A DNA stretch of 64,000 nt from the NCBI GenBank assembly GCA_964559225.1, contig CAZLGA010000004.1, positions 83 to 64,082 of the forward strand. Direction: 5' to 3'. The DNA comes from an uncultured bacterium. Its GTDB lineage: Bacteria; Hydrothermota; Tepidihabitantia; SM23-42; JAOAFX01. The notes below the pieces were generated by a model, which worked only from the letters and a program-made list of their open reading frames with translations, was not told the origin of the DNA and searched no databases. Below, in pieces: positions 51,014 to 59,502 of the stretch. Both the position numbers and the translations under genes were made by a program. Every line of letters starts with the position of its first letter. Within the stretch, counting starts at the first letter, position 1.

Positions 51014-51658
51014 GTGCGGCATTTTTTGAAAACTTTAATTTTTCTGTTGTCGATTAATATATACTGGTGGAATACTGCCCGGAGAATGCGTCTTAAAAAA
51101 AGATTGGAGAAAAATATCCAATTGTATTTTAAAACCCTTGCCCAGAACCTTAGCATAATGATTCACCCGGAAAAAAAATTCACCCTTGAAGGAAGCATTG
51201 AACCGTTAAAGAATGGGGCGGTCCTTTATTCTATCCATTTTGGAATCTGGGAATTGATGCCCAAAATTTTAAAAACCTTTTTAAACAAAAAAGTTGGAAT
51301 ACTCGTTGAACGTTATACTGATAATAATCCACTTTTTATCGGCAAAATAATGGACAGAATCTTTTATCTGATACGTTCAAGAAATGATGCGGTCATTTTC
51401 TATCCCGACGAAGTTTTTAAGATAACAAGATTTATAAAAGAAGGTGGAATATTTTCTGCTTTGGTAGATGGCGATAAAATTTTCGCCAAGTTACCGAAGT
51501 TCGAAAAACTCGCCCTGATATGCAATATTCCACTAATCCCTTTTGCTGTATATTATGAAAAAGGAAATACTGTTATGGAAATAGGTTGTGACCTCAATAA
51601 AATTGTAACCCAGAGACCATATGACTACTGGTGGTTTTATAAATCACGGAGGAGATGA
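51014..51658 (+). CDS. LpxL/HtrB-like lipid A (Kdo2-lipid IVA) acyltransferase family protein.
   Basis: N-terminal TM segment. HFGIWE matches the H(X)4E/D acyltransferase motif of the LpxL/LABLAT family. 214 aa is on the short side. Confidence 0.45.
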   Translation: MRHFLKTLIFLLSINIYWWNTARRMRLKKRLEKNIQLYFKTLAQNLSIMIHPEKKFTLEGSIEPLKNGAVLYSIHFGIWELMPKILKTFLNKKVGILVERYTDNNPLFIGKIMDRIFYLIRSRNDAVIFYPDEVFKITRFIKEGGIFSALVDGDKIFAKLPKFEKLALICNIPLIPFAVYYEKGNTVMEIGCDLNKIVTQRPYDYWWFYKSRRR

Positions 51659-51669
51659 TAGCATAATTA

Positions 51670-52194
51670 ATGAAGAGAATCTTTGTCCTTCTGCTATTTA
51701 TTTTTCTGGGTTGTAAAGAAGAGACAATCAAGGAAAATATAGAAAAACATCTTCCCCGTATAACACTCGAAAACTTTACACTTATTGAAACATCCGAAGG
51801 AAAGAAAAAATGGAATCTCACTGCCGTCTCAGCCTATGTTTATGAGGAAGTAATAAATGTAGATAGCGTTAAAATAAAATTTTATAATGAACAGGAGAAT
51901 GAATACGCCTGGCTCAAAGGCGCCCGAGGGCAGTTGAATATCAAAAATCACAATATTATGGTGCGCGACAGTGTGCTTTTGATAACCGAAGATTCCACTG
52001 AACTTTATACTGATTCGTTATTCTGGCAAAATGAACTACAGATAATCATAACTGATGCAAGGGTAAAGATTATAAAAAAAGATAGCACAATGATTGAAGG
52101 AAATGGATTAAAGACAACCCCGGATTTACAAAAGATTGAAATCATCGGTGACATTAAAGGTGTTTCACCAATTAAATTCCCTAAGATAAAATGA
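51670..52194 (+). CDS. LptC-like LPS export protein.
   Basis: N-terminal anchor/lipobox (LLFIFLGC) and a beta-jellyroll-like composition. It sits directly upstream of lptA-lptB with a 4-nt overlap. Confidence 0.45.
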   Translation: MKRIFVLLLFIFLGCKEETIKENIEKHLPRITLENFTLIETSEGKKKWNLTAVSAYVYEEVINVDSVKIKFYNEQENEYAWLKGARGQLNIKNHNIMVRDSVLLITEDSTELYTDSLFWQNELQIIITDARVKIIKKDSTMIEGNGLKTTPDLQKIEIIGDIKGVSPIKFPKIK

Positions 52195-53087
52195 TATTCA
52201 TCACACTGCTTTTGACCATTACACCATTCAAGGCGGACCGGGTTGAGATTGTAAATCAAAATGGTGAAAGAATAGTCTATTTAATAGGCAATGTTGAGAT
52301 TGAGCAGGAAAAAACAAGAATTAAATGTCTTGAGGCACAATTAAATGAGACAAAGGATTATGTTTTTTTAAAGGATAGTGTTTTGATAAAAGACGATAAT
52401 GGAGAAATAAAAGCAAATAATGCCATCTATTTTTTTGGTAAAAAATTCAGCGTGCTTAAAGGCAGTGTAAAACTAATCTCAGAAAATCAGATAATTTCTG
52501 CGGATTCCTTAGAATACGAAGGAGAAAAAAGAATTGTAAAAATGTTTAAAAATGTTATCCTGGAAGATACAAAAAATAAGGTTAGCGCCTATGGTGAAGA
52601 AGGCTGGTATGATTTAAATGCCGAGTATGGAAGTCTTAGAAAAGGACCGGGGGTCAAAATTAGTAGAGAAGATAAAACACCAATCCTCATCACCGCAAAG
52701 GAATTTTTGTTAAAAAACAAAGAGAATTTTTGCCTTGGATATGATTCGGTCATTACAGTAATTGATAGTATAACAATTTATTGTGATACATTGGCCTATG
52801 ATTTCAAAAAAGAGAGAGGATTTATGACCCGACCGTTCGTTGTTGAGAAGAGCAATGAATTAAAAGGCATAAACGGAGAATTTGGTCTAAGGAATAAAAA
52901 CGTTGATTACTTCAAGGTATCTTCAGGGATTGCCCGTTACTGTACAAACGATGGTGCACACAATATAATTGAAGGGGAAAACATAAATATTCTTTTTCAA
53001 GAAGGCAGGGCGTTCAAGGTTAAGGTTTCAGGAAATCCCCGGGGAAAACTTTACCTAAAGGAACAAAAAGAAAATGCTAAAGACTAA
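52191..53087 (+). CDS. LptA/OstA-N-like periplasmic LPS transport protein.
   Basis: The OstA-like N-domain pattern (ADRVEI....LIGNVEIEQE...I.A) is repeated. Its position is between lptC and lptB. Confidence 0.55.
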   Translation: MIFITLLLTITPFKADRVEIVNQNGERIVYLIGNVEIEQEKTRIKCLEAQLNETKDYVFLKDSVLIKDDNGEIKANNAIYFFGKKFSVLKGSVKLISENQIISADSLEYEGEKRIVKMFKNVILEDTKNKVSAYGEEGWYDLNAEYGSLRKGPGVKISREDKTPILITAKEFLLKNKENFCLGYDSVITVIDSITIYCDTLAYDFKKERGFMTRPFVVEKSNELKGINGEFGLRNKNVDYFKVSSGIARYCTNDGAHNIIEGENINILFQEGRAFKVKVSGNPRGKLYLKEQKENAKD

Positions 53088-53790
53088 AGAACTAACAAAG
53101 TGTTTCGGGAAGAGAACTGTAGTAAATAAGATTGATATAACGATAAATCACGGCGAGATTGTTGGTCTACTTGGTCCCAATGGTGCGGGCAAAACAACGA
53201 CTTTTAATATGATTGTAGGATTGATATTACCTGATTGGGGGGAAATTCTTCTTGATGAAAATATAATTACTGACCAGCCAATGTTCAAAAGGGCACGGAT
53301 GGGTATCTCTTTTTTATGCCAGGAATCAAGCGTATTTAGAAAATTGAGTGTGATTGATAATCTGGTTGCGATATATGAGATACTTGGTGAAAAGACAAGT
53401 GATGCAAAACAGAAGGCAGCCAAGATGCTTGAGGAATTCAATCTAATTGGGCTGAGGAATCAAAAGGCATACACGCTTTCAGGTGGCGAAAGGAGAAGGG
53501 TTGAAATTGCCAGGGCATTGATAAGCAAACCAAAGTATTTATTGCTTGATGAACCATTCACGGGCATTGACCCGATTGCCCGTGCGGAGCTCCAGGAAAT
53601 TATTCTTAGTTTAAAAAATAAAGGTATCGGTATTTTGATTTCTGATCACAATGTCAGAGAAACACTGGAAATTACAGACCGCGCCTACCTTATCTATGAT
53701 TCAAAAATTCTTTTATCAGGAGATGCCCAAACTCTTATTAATGACCCCAAGGCAAGGGAATTGTATCTCGGCTGGAAATTCAAAATTTGA
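53074..53790 (+). CDS. lptB: LPS export ABC transporter ATP-binding protein LptB.
   Basis: Walker A GPNGAGKTT, signature LSGGERRRVEIARAL, Walker B LLLDEPF and an H-loop. 238 aa, in the lptCAB context. Confidence 0.85.
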   Translation: MLKTKELTKCFGKRTVVNKIDITINHGEIVGLLGPNGAGKTTTFNMIVGLILPDWGEILLDENIITDQPMFKRARMGISFLCQESSVFRKLSVIDNLVAIYEILGEKTSDAKQKAAKMLEEFNLIGLRNQKAYTLSGGERRRVEIARALISKPKYLLLDEPFTGIDPIARAELQEIILSLKNKGIGILISDHNVRETLEITDRAYLIYDSKILLSGDAQTLINDPKARELYLGWKFKI

Positions 53791-53849
53791 AATTAGCAAT
53801 TAATCACTAAACCTTTCAACATCTTCAAGCAAAAACTAATGTTAATTTT

Positions 53850-54290
53850 TTATTTTATAGGATAACGATACTTTCCTTTTTCCCAGATGTATATCTTCCT
53901 TCTTCCCTCTTCAGCCCGATTCCTGTAGACAAATTTGATGTCATTAAGTTCATCAACCTCAATTCTGTAATTGCTTTTAAAGAAAGGGATAAAATCATTT
54001 TTCAAAAGCAGTCTAAAATGTTCTATCGCTTTTTGTGCATCATCAGATTTTTCTTTCATCCCATAAATTTCAACAACAATTATTGAATCAGCGCGGTCAA
54101 AAAAACTATAAAGATAGACATCAAACTGAGCCAGTGAAATCTGCCATGTCGCATATGCATACTGATTCAACTGGATTGATACCATATCACCCTTGCTAAG
54201 TGCTAAAAGCTCATCAAGATTACCTGAATAACAAGCAATTACTAAGATAACTGTTAAAATTGCAATTTTTAGTTTTATCATTGTGGACAT
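53850..54290 (-). CDS. Hypothetical lipoprotein (146 aa).
   Basis: The signal/lipobox ...VILVIACYSG has a Cys at the expected lipobox position. I recognised no other motif. Confidence 0.3.
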   Translation of the reverse strand: MSTMIKLKIAILTVILVIACYSGNLDELLALSKGDMVSIQLNQYAYATWQISLAQFDVYLYSFFDRADSIIVVEIYGMKEKSDDAQKAIEHFRLLLKNDFIPFFKSNYRIEVDELNDIKFVYRNRAEEGRRKIYIWEKGKYRYPIK

Positions 54291-54448
54291 AAACGCTCCT
54301 TTTGCTAATTATTTATATTTTTCAACCAAAATCAAGGGTAATTGGTAATTGATAAATTATTTAAAAGATTTGCATTGTTCATCAAAATAGAATCTTTCCA
54401 CAATTAAGGTGTGCGGGATTAACAGAAAAAAAGCGATTAACTCCACTA

Positions 54449-54476
54449 TTGACAAAGTGCCCGTTGCGGATATAAT
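54449..54476 (+). promoter_or_regulatory. Consensus sigma70-type promoter TTGACA-16-TATAAT upstream of the 2-oxoacid:ferredoxin oxidoreductase operon. It implies a ~225-nt structured leader.
   Basis: TTGACAaagtgcccgttgcggaTATAAT. The downstream leader contains several hairpins (GCGGA-TTAA-TCCGC, CCGCC...GGCGG, GTGGAAG...CTTCCAC). Confidence 0.45.
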
Positions 54477-54708
54477 ACTAATAATTTGTCTTTGAAAATC
54501 GATTCTGGAAAGGTGCCTGTTCTTAAGCCTGAGAGGGTGTGAAAATTTTTGGATAATGGCTTAGGAACCTGGAAGAAAAAATTATGGGCTATCGAATGAC
54601 GGGCACCGCGGATTAATCCGCCACTCAGTATGGCGGAATGTGGAAGTAGAGGATTTAAGGCTCGGCCTTTCTTCCACCCAATATAGTTAAGAGCCTAAAA
54701 GATTAACT

Positions 54709-55005
54709 ATGAAGTTCTGGCGCAAACCACTTGATGTTGATAAGGTAAAAGTACCGATTGGCCAGGTCCATATTATCAAAGATCGGTGCAAGGGCTGTGG
54801 ATTCTGTGTTGAATTCTGTCCCAAAAAGGCACTTGAATTATCAGCTGAGTTTAATATCAAAGGGTATCATCCACCTTATGTGAAGAATCCTGAGGAATGT
54901 CGAGAATGCCATCTTTGTGAAATAATCTGCCCTGAGTTTGCAATATATGTGACTCTGGATAAAGAAAAAACTGTTGCCGAAATTCTTGATAAAAAAAATG
55001 CATAA
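54709..55005 (+). CDS. 2-oxoacid:ferredoxin oxidoreductase delta subunit (2x[4Fe-4S] ferredoxin).
   Basis: Two CxxCxxCxxxCP clusters (CKGCGFCVEFCP and CRECHLCEIICP). It is the first gene of the delta-alpha-beta-gamma cluster (OorDABC/KorDABC-type order). Confidence 0.75.
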   Translation: MKFWRKPLDVDKVKVPIGQVHIIKDRCKGCGFCVEFCPKKALELSAEFNIKGYHPPYVKNPEECRECHLCEIICPEFAIYVTLDKEKTVAEILDKKNA

Positions 55006-55125
55006 GTGGTGTTGCAATATGACTAGAATTGCAATTGTGGCCTGATTTGATGCAATTATTTATCCGAGAATAATAAAACTCCTTCTGTGGTAAGAAAATT
55101 TAGTGGTATTTGATAAAGGAGGTCT

Positions 55126-56283
55126 ATGAAGGCAGATCCAAAAGGGGTGCTAACCGGTGCCCATTACCTTGATGGTGATTATGCAAGTGCAGAGGGAGCG
55201 CTAGCCGCAGGCTGTAGATTTTTTGCCGGCTACCCTATAACTCCCTCCACAGAAGTTGCCGAAAGGATTGCTCAGAGATTTCCTGAGGTGGGTGGTGTAT
55301 TCATCCAGATGGAAGATGAAATTGCATCTTCAATAGCTATCCTTGGTGCGTCCTGGGCTGGTAAGAAATCAATGACCGTGACCTCTGGTCCTGGTTTTTC
55401 CCTGATGCAGGAACATTTTGGACTTGCGGCAATGCTCGAAACTCCCTGTGTAATTGTTGATGTTCAACGCGCAGGACCCTCTACTGGTTTACCTACTCTT
55501 ACTGGACAGGGTGATATGATGCAAGTGCGCTGGGGTTCGCATGGCGACTATGAAATAATTGCACTTTCGCCCAATTCACCTCAAGAAGCATTTGACCTTA
55601 CGATTGATTGTTTTAATCTTTCTGAAATTTATCGTGTACCAGTATTTTTAATGATGGACGAATGTGTCGGTCACATGACCGAAAAGGTTGTAATTCCAAA
55701 ATCTGATGATATTGAACTTGTAGAAAGGCGATGGTACAAGGGTCCAAAAGAATCCTATCTACCATTCAAACCCGATGAAGACCTTGTGCCACCAATGGTA
55801 AAGGCCGGTGATGGATATCGGTTCCATGTCACTGGATTAACTCATGATGAGCGTGGCTATCCTGTAATGAACTGGATGGCTCAGGAAAAATTAGTTCGTC
55901 GGCTTGTAGAAAAGATTCGGAAGAATGCAGATAAGATAATTCGGTATGAAGAAGAGGGGACTGATAATGCAGATGTCGTAATTGTCTCTTATGGAATTTC
56001 AAGCCGTGTTGCCTATAAAGCAATTGCGGATGCCCGCAAGCAGGGAATAAAAGTGGGATTTTTAAGACTGATTGTGGTCTGGCCATTTCCCGAAAAAAGA
56101 ATCTTTGAACTTGCGGCTAAAGTAAAGGCACTTATCACAGTAGAAATTAACTATGGGCAGATTGCCTTAGAAGTAGAGCGGTGTGCAAAAGGTAAATGTA
56201 AGACTCTGCTTGTACCCCATGGTGGTGGTTGGGTTCATAATCCTGATGATATTTTAAATGCAATAAAGGAGGGCTTGAAATGA
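55126..56283 (+). CDS. 2-oxoacid:ferredoxin oxidoreductase alpha subunit.
   Basis: POR/KOR alpha core ...GYPITPSTEV...GASWAGKKSMT.TSGPGFSLM.E.....A..E.P.VIVDVQR.GPSTG.PT. 4-nt overlap with the beta subunit. Confidence 0.85.
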   Translation: MKADPKGVLTGAHYLDGDYASAEGALAAGCRFFAGYPITPSTEVAERIAQRFPEVGGVFIQMEDEIASSIAILGASWAGKKSMTVTSGPGFSLMQEHFGLAAMLETPCVIVDVQRAGPSTGLPTLTGQGDMMQVRWGSHGDYEIIALSPNSPQEAFDLTIDCFNLSEIYRVPVFLMMDECVGHMTEKVVIPKSDDIELVERRWYKGPKESYLPFKPDEDLVPPMVKAGDGYRFHVTGLTHDERGYPVMNWMAQEKLVRRLVEKIRKNADKIIRYEEEGTDNADVVIVSYGISSRVAYKAIADARKQGIKVGFLRLIVVWPFPEKRIFELAAKVKALITVEINYGQIALEVERCAKGKCKTLLVPHGGGWVHNPDDILNAIKEGLK

Positions 56284-57203
56284 GTGAGATTGATATAACC
56301 GAAACGATAAAACCTGAACAGACAACCGGTCATCCCTTTGAAAATCTATTAAGAATGGATCGAATGCCCCATATCTGGTGTCCGAGCTGTGGCATAGGTC
56401 CGGCAGTTAGCGCATTCTTGATTGCTCTACAGCGTTCAAACATAGATGTGAATAAGGTAGCTGTAATATCTGGTATTGGGTGTACAGGCCGTGTGCCAGG
56501 TTATTTGAAACTTGACTCCTTCCATACTACCCATGGCCGGCCCATTCCATTTGCTACCGGTTTGAAACTTGCCAATCCGGAATTGAAAGTAGTAGTTTTC
56601 TCCGGGGATGGTGACTTAGTTGCCATTGGTGGTAATCATCTAATTCATGCGGCGCGCAGGAATATGGATATAATGGTAATATGTGTAAATAATTTTATAT
56701 ACGGGATGACTGGTGGCCAGGTTGCGGCAACGACACCCGAGACTGCGATTTGTTCAACTACTCCTTATGGGAATTTTGAAATGCCATTTAATTTGCCGCT
56801 ATTAATGGAAACCTGTGGTGCAGTCTATGTTGCCCGGTGGACCGCCCTTGATATCAGGAGGTTGTCAAACTCTATATTTGAGGCATTTAATAAAAAAGGG
56901 TTTACTTTTATTGAGGTGATTGCACCCTGTTCAACCTTATACGCACGTTTGAATCGTCTTGGTACAGGACTTGACATATTGAAGTATTACCATGATAACA
57001 GTATAATAAAGCACGATGTGAATCTAAGGGAAGTTGACATAAAATTCCAGGGACCGATTATTGTTGGTAAATTTGTTGACCGTGAAAGACCAACATTTAT
57101 TGATGCAATGAACCAGAGATTTAGAACTGTTTTCGGCGATAAATACCAGTTATACGGGATGGTTGATGAGTGTATACCCGAGTCTGTGGCTGAAGGAGGA
57201 TAG
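56280..57203 (+). CDS. 2-oxoacid:ferredoxin oxidoreductase beta subunit (TPP-binding).
   Basis: WCPSCG...GIGCTGRV...VVFSGDGDLVAIGGNHLIHAARRN is the TPP-binding GDGD motif of KorB/PorB. Confidence 0.85.
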   Translation: MSEIDITETIKPEQTTGHPFENLLRMDRMPHIWCPSCGIGPAVSAFLIALQRSNIDVNKVAVISGIGCTGRVPGYLKLDSFHTTHGRPIPFATGLKLANPELKVVVFSGDGDLVAIGGNHLIHAARRNMDIMVICVNNFIYGMTGGQVAATTPETAICSTTPYGNFEMPFNLPLLMETCGAVYVARWTALDIRRLSNSIFEAFNKKGFTFIEVIAPCSTLYARLNRLGTGLDILKYYHDNSIIKHDVNLREVDIKFQGPIIVGKFVDRERPTFIDAMNQRFRTVFGDKYQLYGMVDECIPESVAEGG

Positions 57204-57205
57204 AG

Positions 57206-57751
57206 ATGATTGAAATTCGTTTTTCTGGTTATGGGGGGCAAGGGATAATAAAAAGCGGGTACATTGTAGGTAAGGCAGCAGCAATATTTGATAATAAGCA
57301 TGCCACACTGACTCAATCATTTGGCCCCGAGGCAAGGGGTAGTGCGTGTAGTGCCCAGTTATTAATATCAGAAGATAGAATTCTTTATCCTTATCTCACC
57401 AAACCCCAGATTCTTGTCGCAATGTCCCGCGAGGCTTACGAAAAATTCGAACCAGAACTTGATGATAATGGTATTCTGATAATAGATGAGGACCTTGTAA
57501 AACCGAATCCACCCAGAGACAACATTAAGTTATTCGCAGTTCCAGCAACCCGACTTGCTGAACAACTGGGCAATCGAATCGTTGCCAATATTGTTATGCT
57601 GGGATTTTTTACGGCCGTAACGAATGTTGTAAGTAATGAGGCGATGAAGAATGCAATACCCGGTTCGGTCCCAGACAAGGCAATACCACTGAATCTCAAG
57701 GCGTTTGAAGAAGGTTATAAATACGGTAGGCAGATATTGGAGAAGACTTAG
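57206..57751 (+). CDS. 2-oxoacid:ferredoxin oxidoreductase gamma subunit.
   Basis: MIEIRFSGYGGQGII..G..VGKAA and the overall POR/KOR gamma pattern. 181 aa. It ends with TAG. Confidence 0.8.
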   Translation: MIEIRFSGYGGQGIIKSGYIVGKAAAIFDNKHATLTQSFGPEARGSACSAQLLISEDRILYPYLTKPQILVAMSREAYEKFEPELDDNGILIIDEDLVKPNPPRDNIKLFAVPATRLAEQLGNRIVANIVMLGFFTAVTNVVSNEAMKNAIPGSVPDKAIPLNLKAFEEGYKYGRQILEKT

Positions 57752-57768
57752 TTAATATAACTTAAAAA

Positions 57769-59445
57769 ATGGATAAACTGACTACCAATATCCTTTTTCT
57801 ATTTTCTGCTTTCCATTCTCCATTTTCCATCTTCCATCTAACTTCTAATTTATTCCGTGAAATTAAGAGCATATTTCATCGGGACCTCTGTCTTCTAACT
57901 TCCATTCTTCTTGCCTTATACTTCCTACTCCCCCCTTCCCACTCATTCGCCCAGACCCCGGAGTGGGTGTATCAGTATGTGAATCCAGTTGGAACAGATT
58001 GGCTATCATCAATAACTACCGATAGTTCCGGAAACACATATACAGCAGGACACTTAAAATCATCAGATACTACCGGCGGCCATATCTCAGGGATTGGTGT
58101 AATAAAATTAAATACTTCTGGTCAGGAACAATGGATATATTTTAATGACACCTTGGCAAGGCATGCTTACGGCAATGATATTGCTTTTAATTCTAACAAA
58201 GTTTATGTTGCGGGATATGCGCAATTTCTTTATGGTAATAAGGATTTGATTGTCTTATGTATTGATACTTTGGGAAATACTGAATGGATACATAGGGATA
58301 CAGAGGCATTTGAAGCAAACGCAGTAATTGTGGCATCATCTCAAATGGTTTACATCGCAGGCTTTACGTATACATATAGTAGTATTTTAGACTTTCTTGT
58401 AAAAAAGTTGGATTCCGGGGGTAACGAGGTCTGGCGATATATTTATAATGGTCCGGCAAGCAGTTACGATGAGGCGATGGATATTGCGATTGACAAAAAC
58501 GAAAATATCTATGTTGGTGGTTATTCAACGGGTTTTGGCACCAGTACTGATTTTACAATAATTAAGCTTGATTCAGCGGGGAATGAGAAGTGGGTCTATC
58601 GTTATGATGGACCGGCGAGTTATTTTGATGAATTAAGGGCTCTTACCATTGACACCTTAGGGAATGTTTATGGAGCAGGTGGTTCGTGGAGTGATGTTGG
58701 AAGTTGGGACTTTTTTGTTGTGAAATTAGACTCTATTGGTAATGAGCAATGGGTCTATCGTTATGATGGATATGCCCATTACTATGATTGGGCAGAGGAT
58801 ATAGTGATTGATGATTCTGGTTTTGTTTATGTGTGTGGTCTTAGTTATCTGTATACAAATACTTCACAATATTTTGCGGTGATTGCAATCGATTCGGGTG
58901 GTGTTGAGTTTTGGCGATATCTAACTGCGGGTCCTTTGGGTTATGGTGGTTATCCAAGAAGGATGGTGCTCGATGGTTTAGGGTGTATATATGCCTGCGG
59001 TAATCTTGATGGTTATCTGGCAGTGGTAAAATTGAGTGGTTTAGGAAATGAGGAGTGGGTGTATAAAGACCCGTATGCAATGATTGCTCGTGGTATAGTG
59101 GCTGATATTATAGGTAATATTTATGTAGCAGGACAGAGACGGGTGAGTCAATGGAACGATGATATCGTGGTGATGAAGTTTGCATCAGGGCAGGGGGTAG
59201 TAAAGGAGGTGATGGGTAATGAAACAATAAAAACAAACTCCGTTGCCACAATCTTCAAGGGTGCTATTCATTTTATGCCAGAAGAAGATTGTGGGATAAA
59301 GGTATATGATGTGATGGGGCGGGTGGTCGTAAACAAAATCCTCCGCTCAGGAAAGAAAGAGAGTATCAAACTTCAACCTGGAGTACATTTTCTGAGGGTT
59401 GAAGAAGGAAAGAACCAAGTAACAAAAAAAGTAATTATCCTTTAA
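57769..59445 (+). CDS. SBBP-type beta-propeller repeat protein with a T9SS C-terminal sorting domain.
   Basis: At least 8 repeats of the ...GN.Y.AG.....D..VVKL...GNE.W.YRYDG type (SBBP repeat). C-terminal ...IKVYDVMGRVVVNK...GVHFLRVEEGKNQVTKKVIIL is a T9SS CTD. The signal peptide ...LLTSILLALYFLLPPSHSFA QTPE follows a long N-extension, so the true start is uncertain. Confidence 0.7.
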   Translation: MDKLTTNILFLFSAFHSPFSIFHLTSNLFREIKSIFHRDLCLLTSILLALYFLLPPSHSFAQTPEWVYQYVNPVGTDWLSSITTDSSGNTYTAGHLKSSDTTGGHISGIGVIKLNTSGQEQWIYFNDTLARHAYGNDIAFNSNKVYVAGYAQFLYGNKDLIVLCIDTLGNTEWIHRDTEAFEANAVIVASSQMVYIAGFTYTYSSILDFLVKKLDSGGNEVWRYIYNGPASSYDEAMDIAIDKNENIYVGGYSTGFGTSTDFTIIKLDSAGNEKWVYRYDGPASYFDELRALTIDTLGNVYGAGGSWSDVGSWDFFVVKLDSIGNEQWVYRYDGYAHYYDWAEDIVIDDSGFVYVCGLSYLYTNTSQYFAVIAIDSGGVEFWRYLTAGPLGYGGYPRRMVLDGLGCIYACGNLDGYLAVVKLSGLGNEEWVYKDPYAMIARGIVADIIGNIYVAGQRRVSQWNDDIVVMKFASGQGVVKEVMGNETIKTNSVATIFKGAIHFMPEEDCGIKVYDVMGRVVVNKILRSGKKESIKLQPGVHFLRVEEGKNQVTKKVIIL

Positions 59446-59502
59446 CAAAAGGAGGCAAAAACGAAAATCATTGTATCTTTCTTCATTTTAGGGCTAGTTG
59501 TA

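Noticed and set aside
54540-54640. Possible small ORF (MGYRMTGTAD*) or known riboswitch in the kor leader.
   Set aside because: The ORF is only 10 codons with no SD. I could not match the hairpin pattern to any riboswitch class from memory, so I reported it only as an unclassified structured leader.
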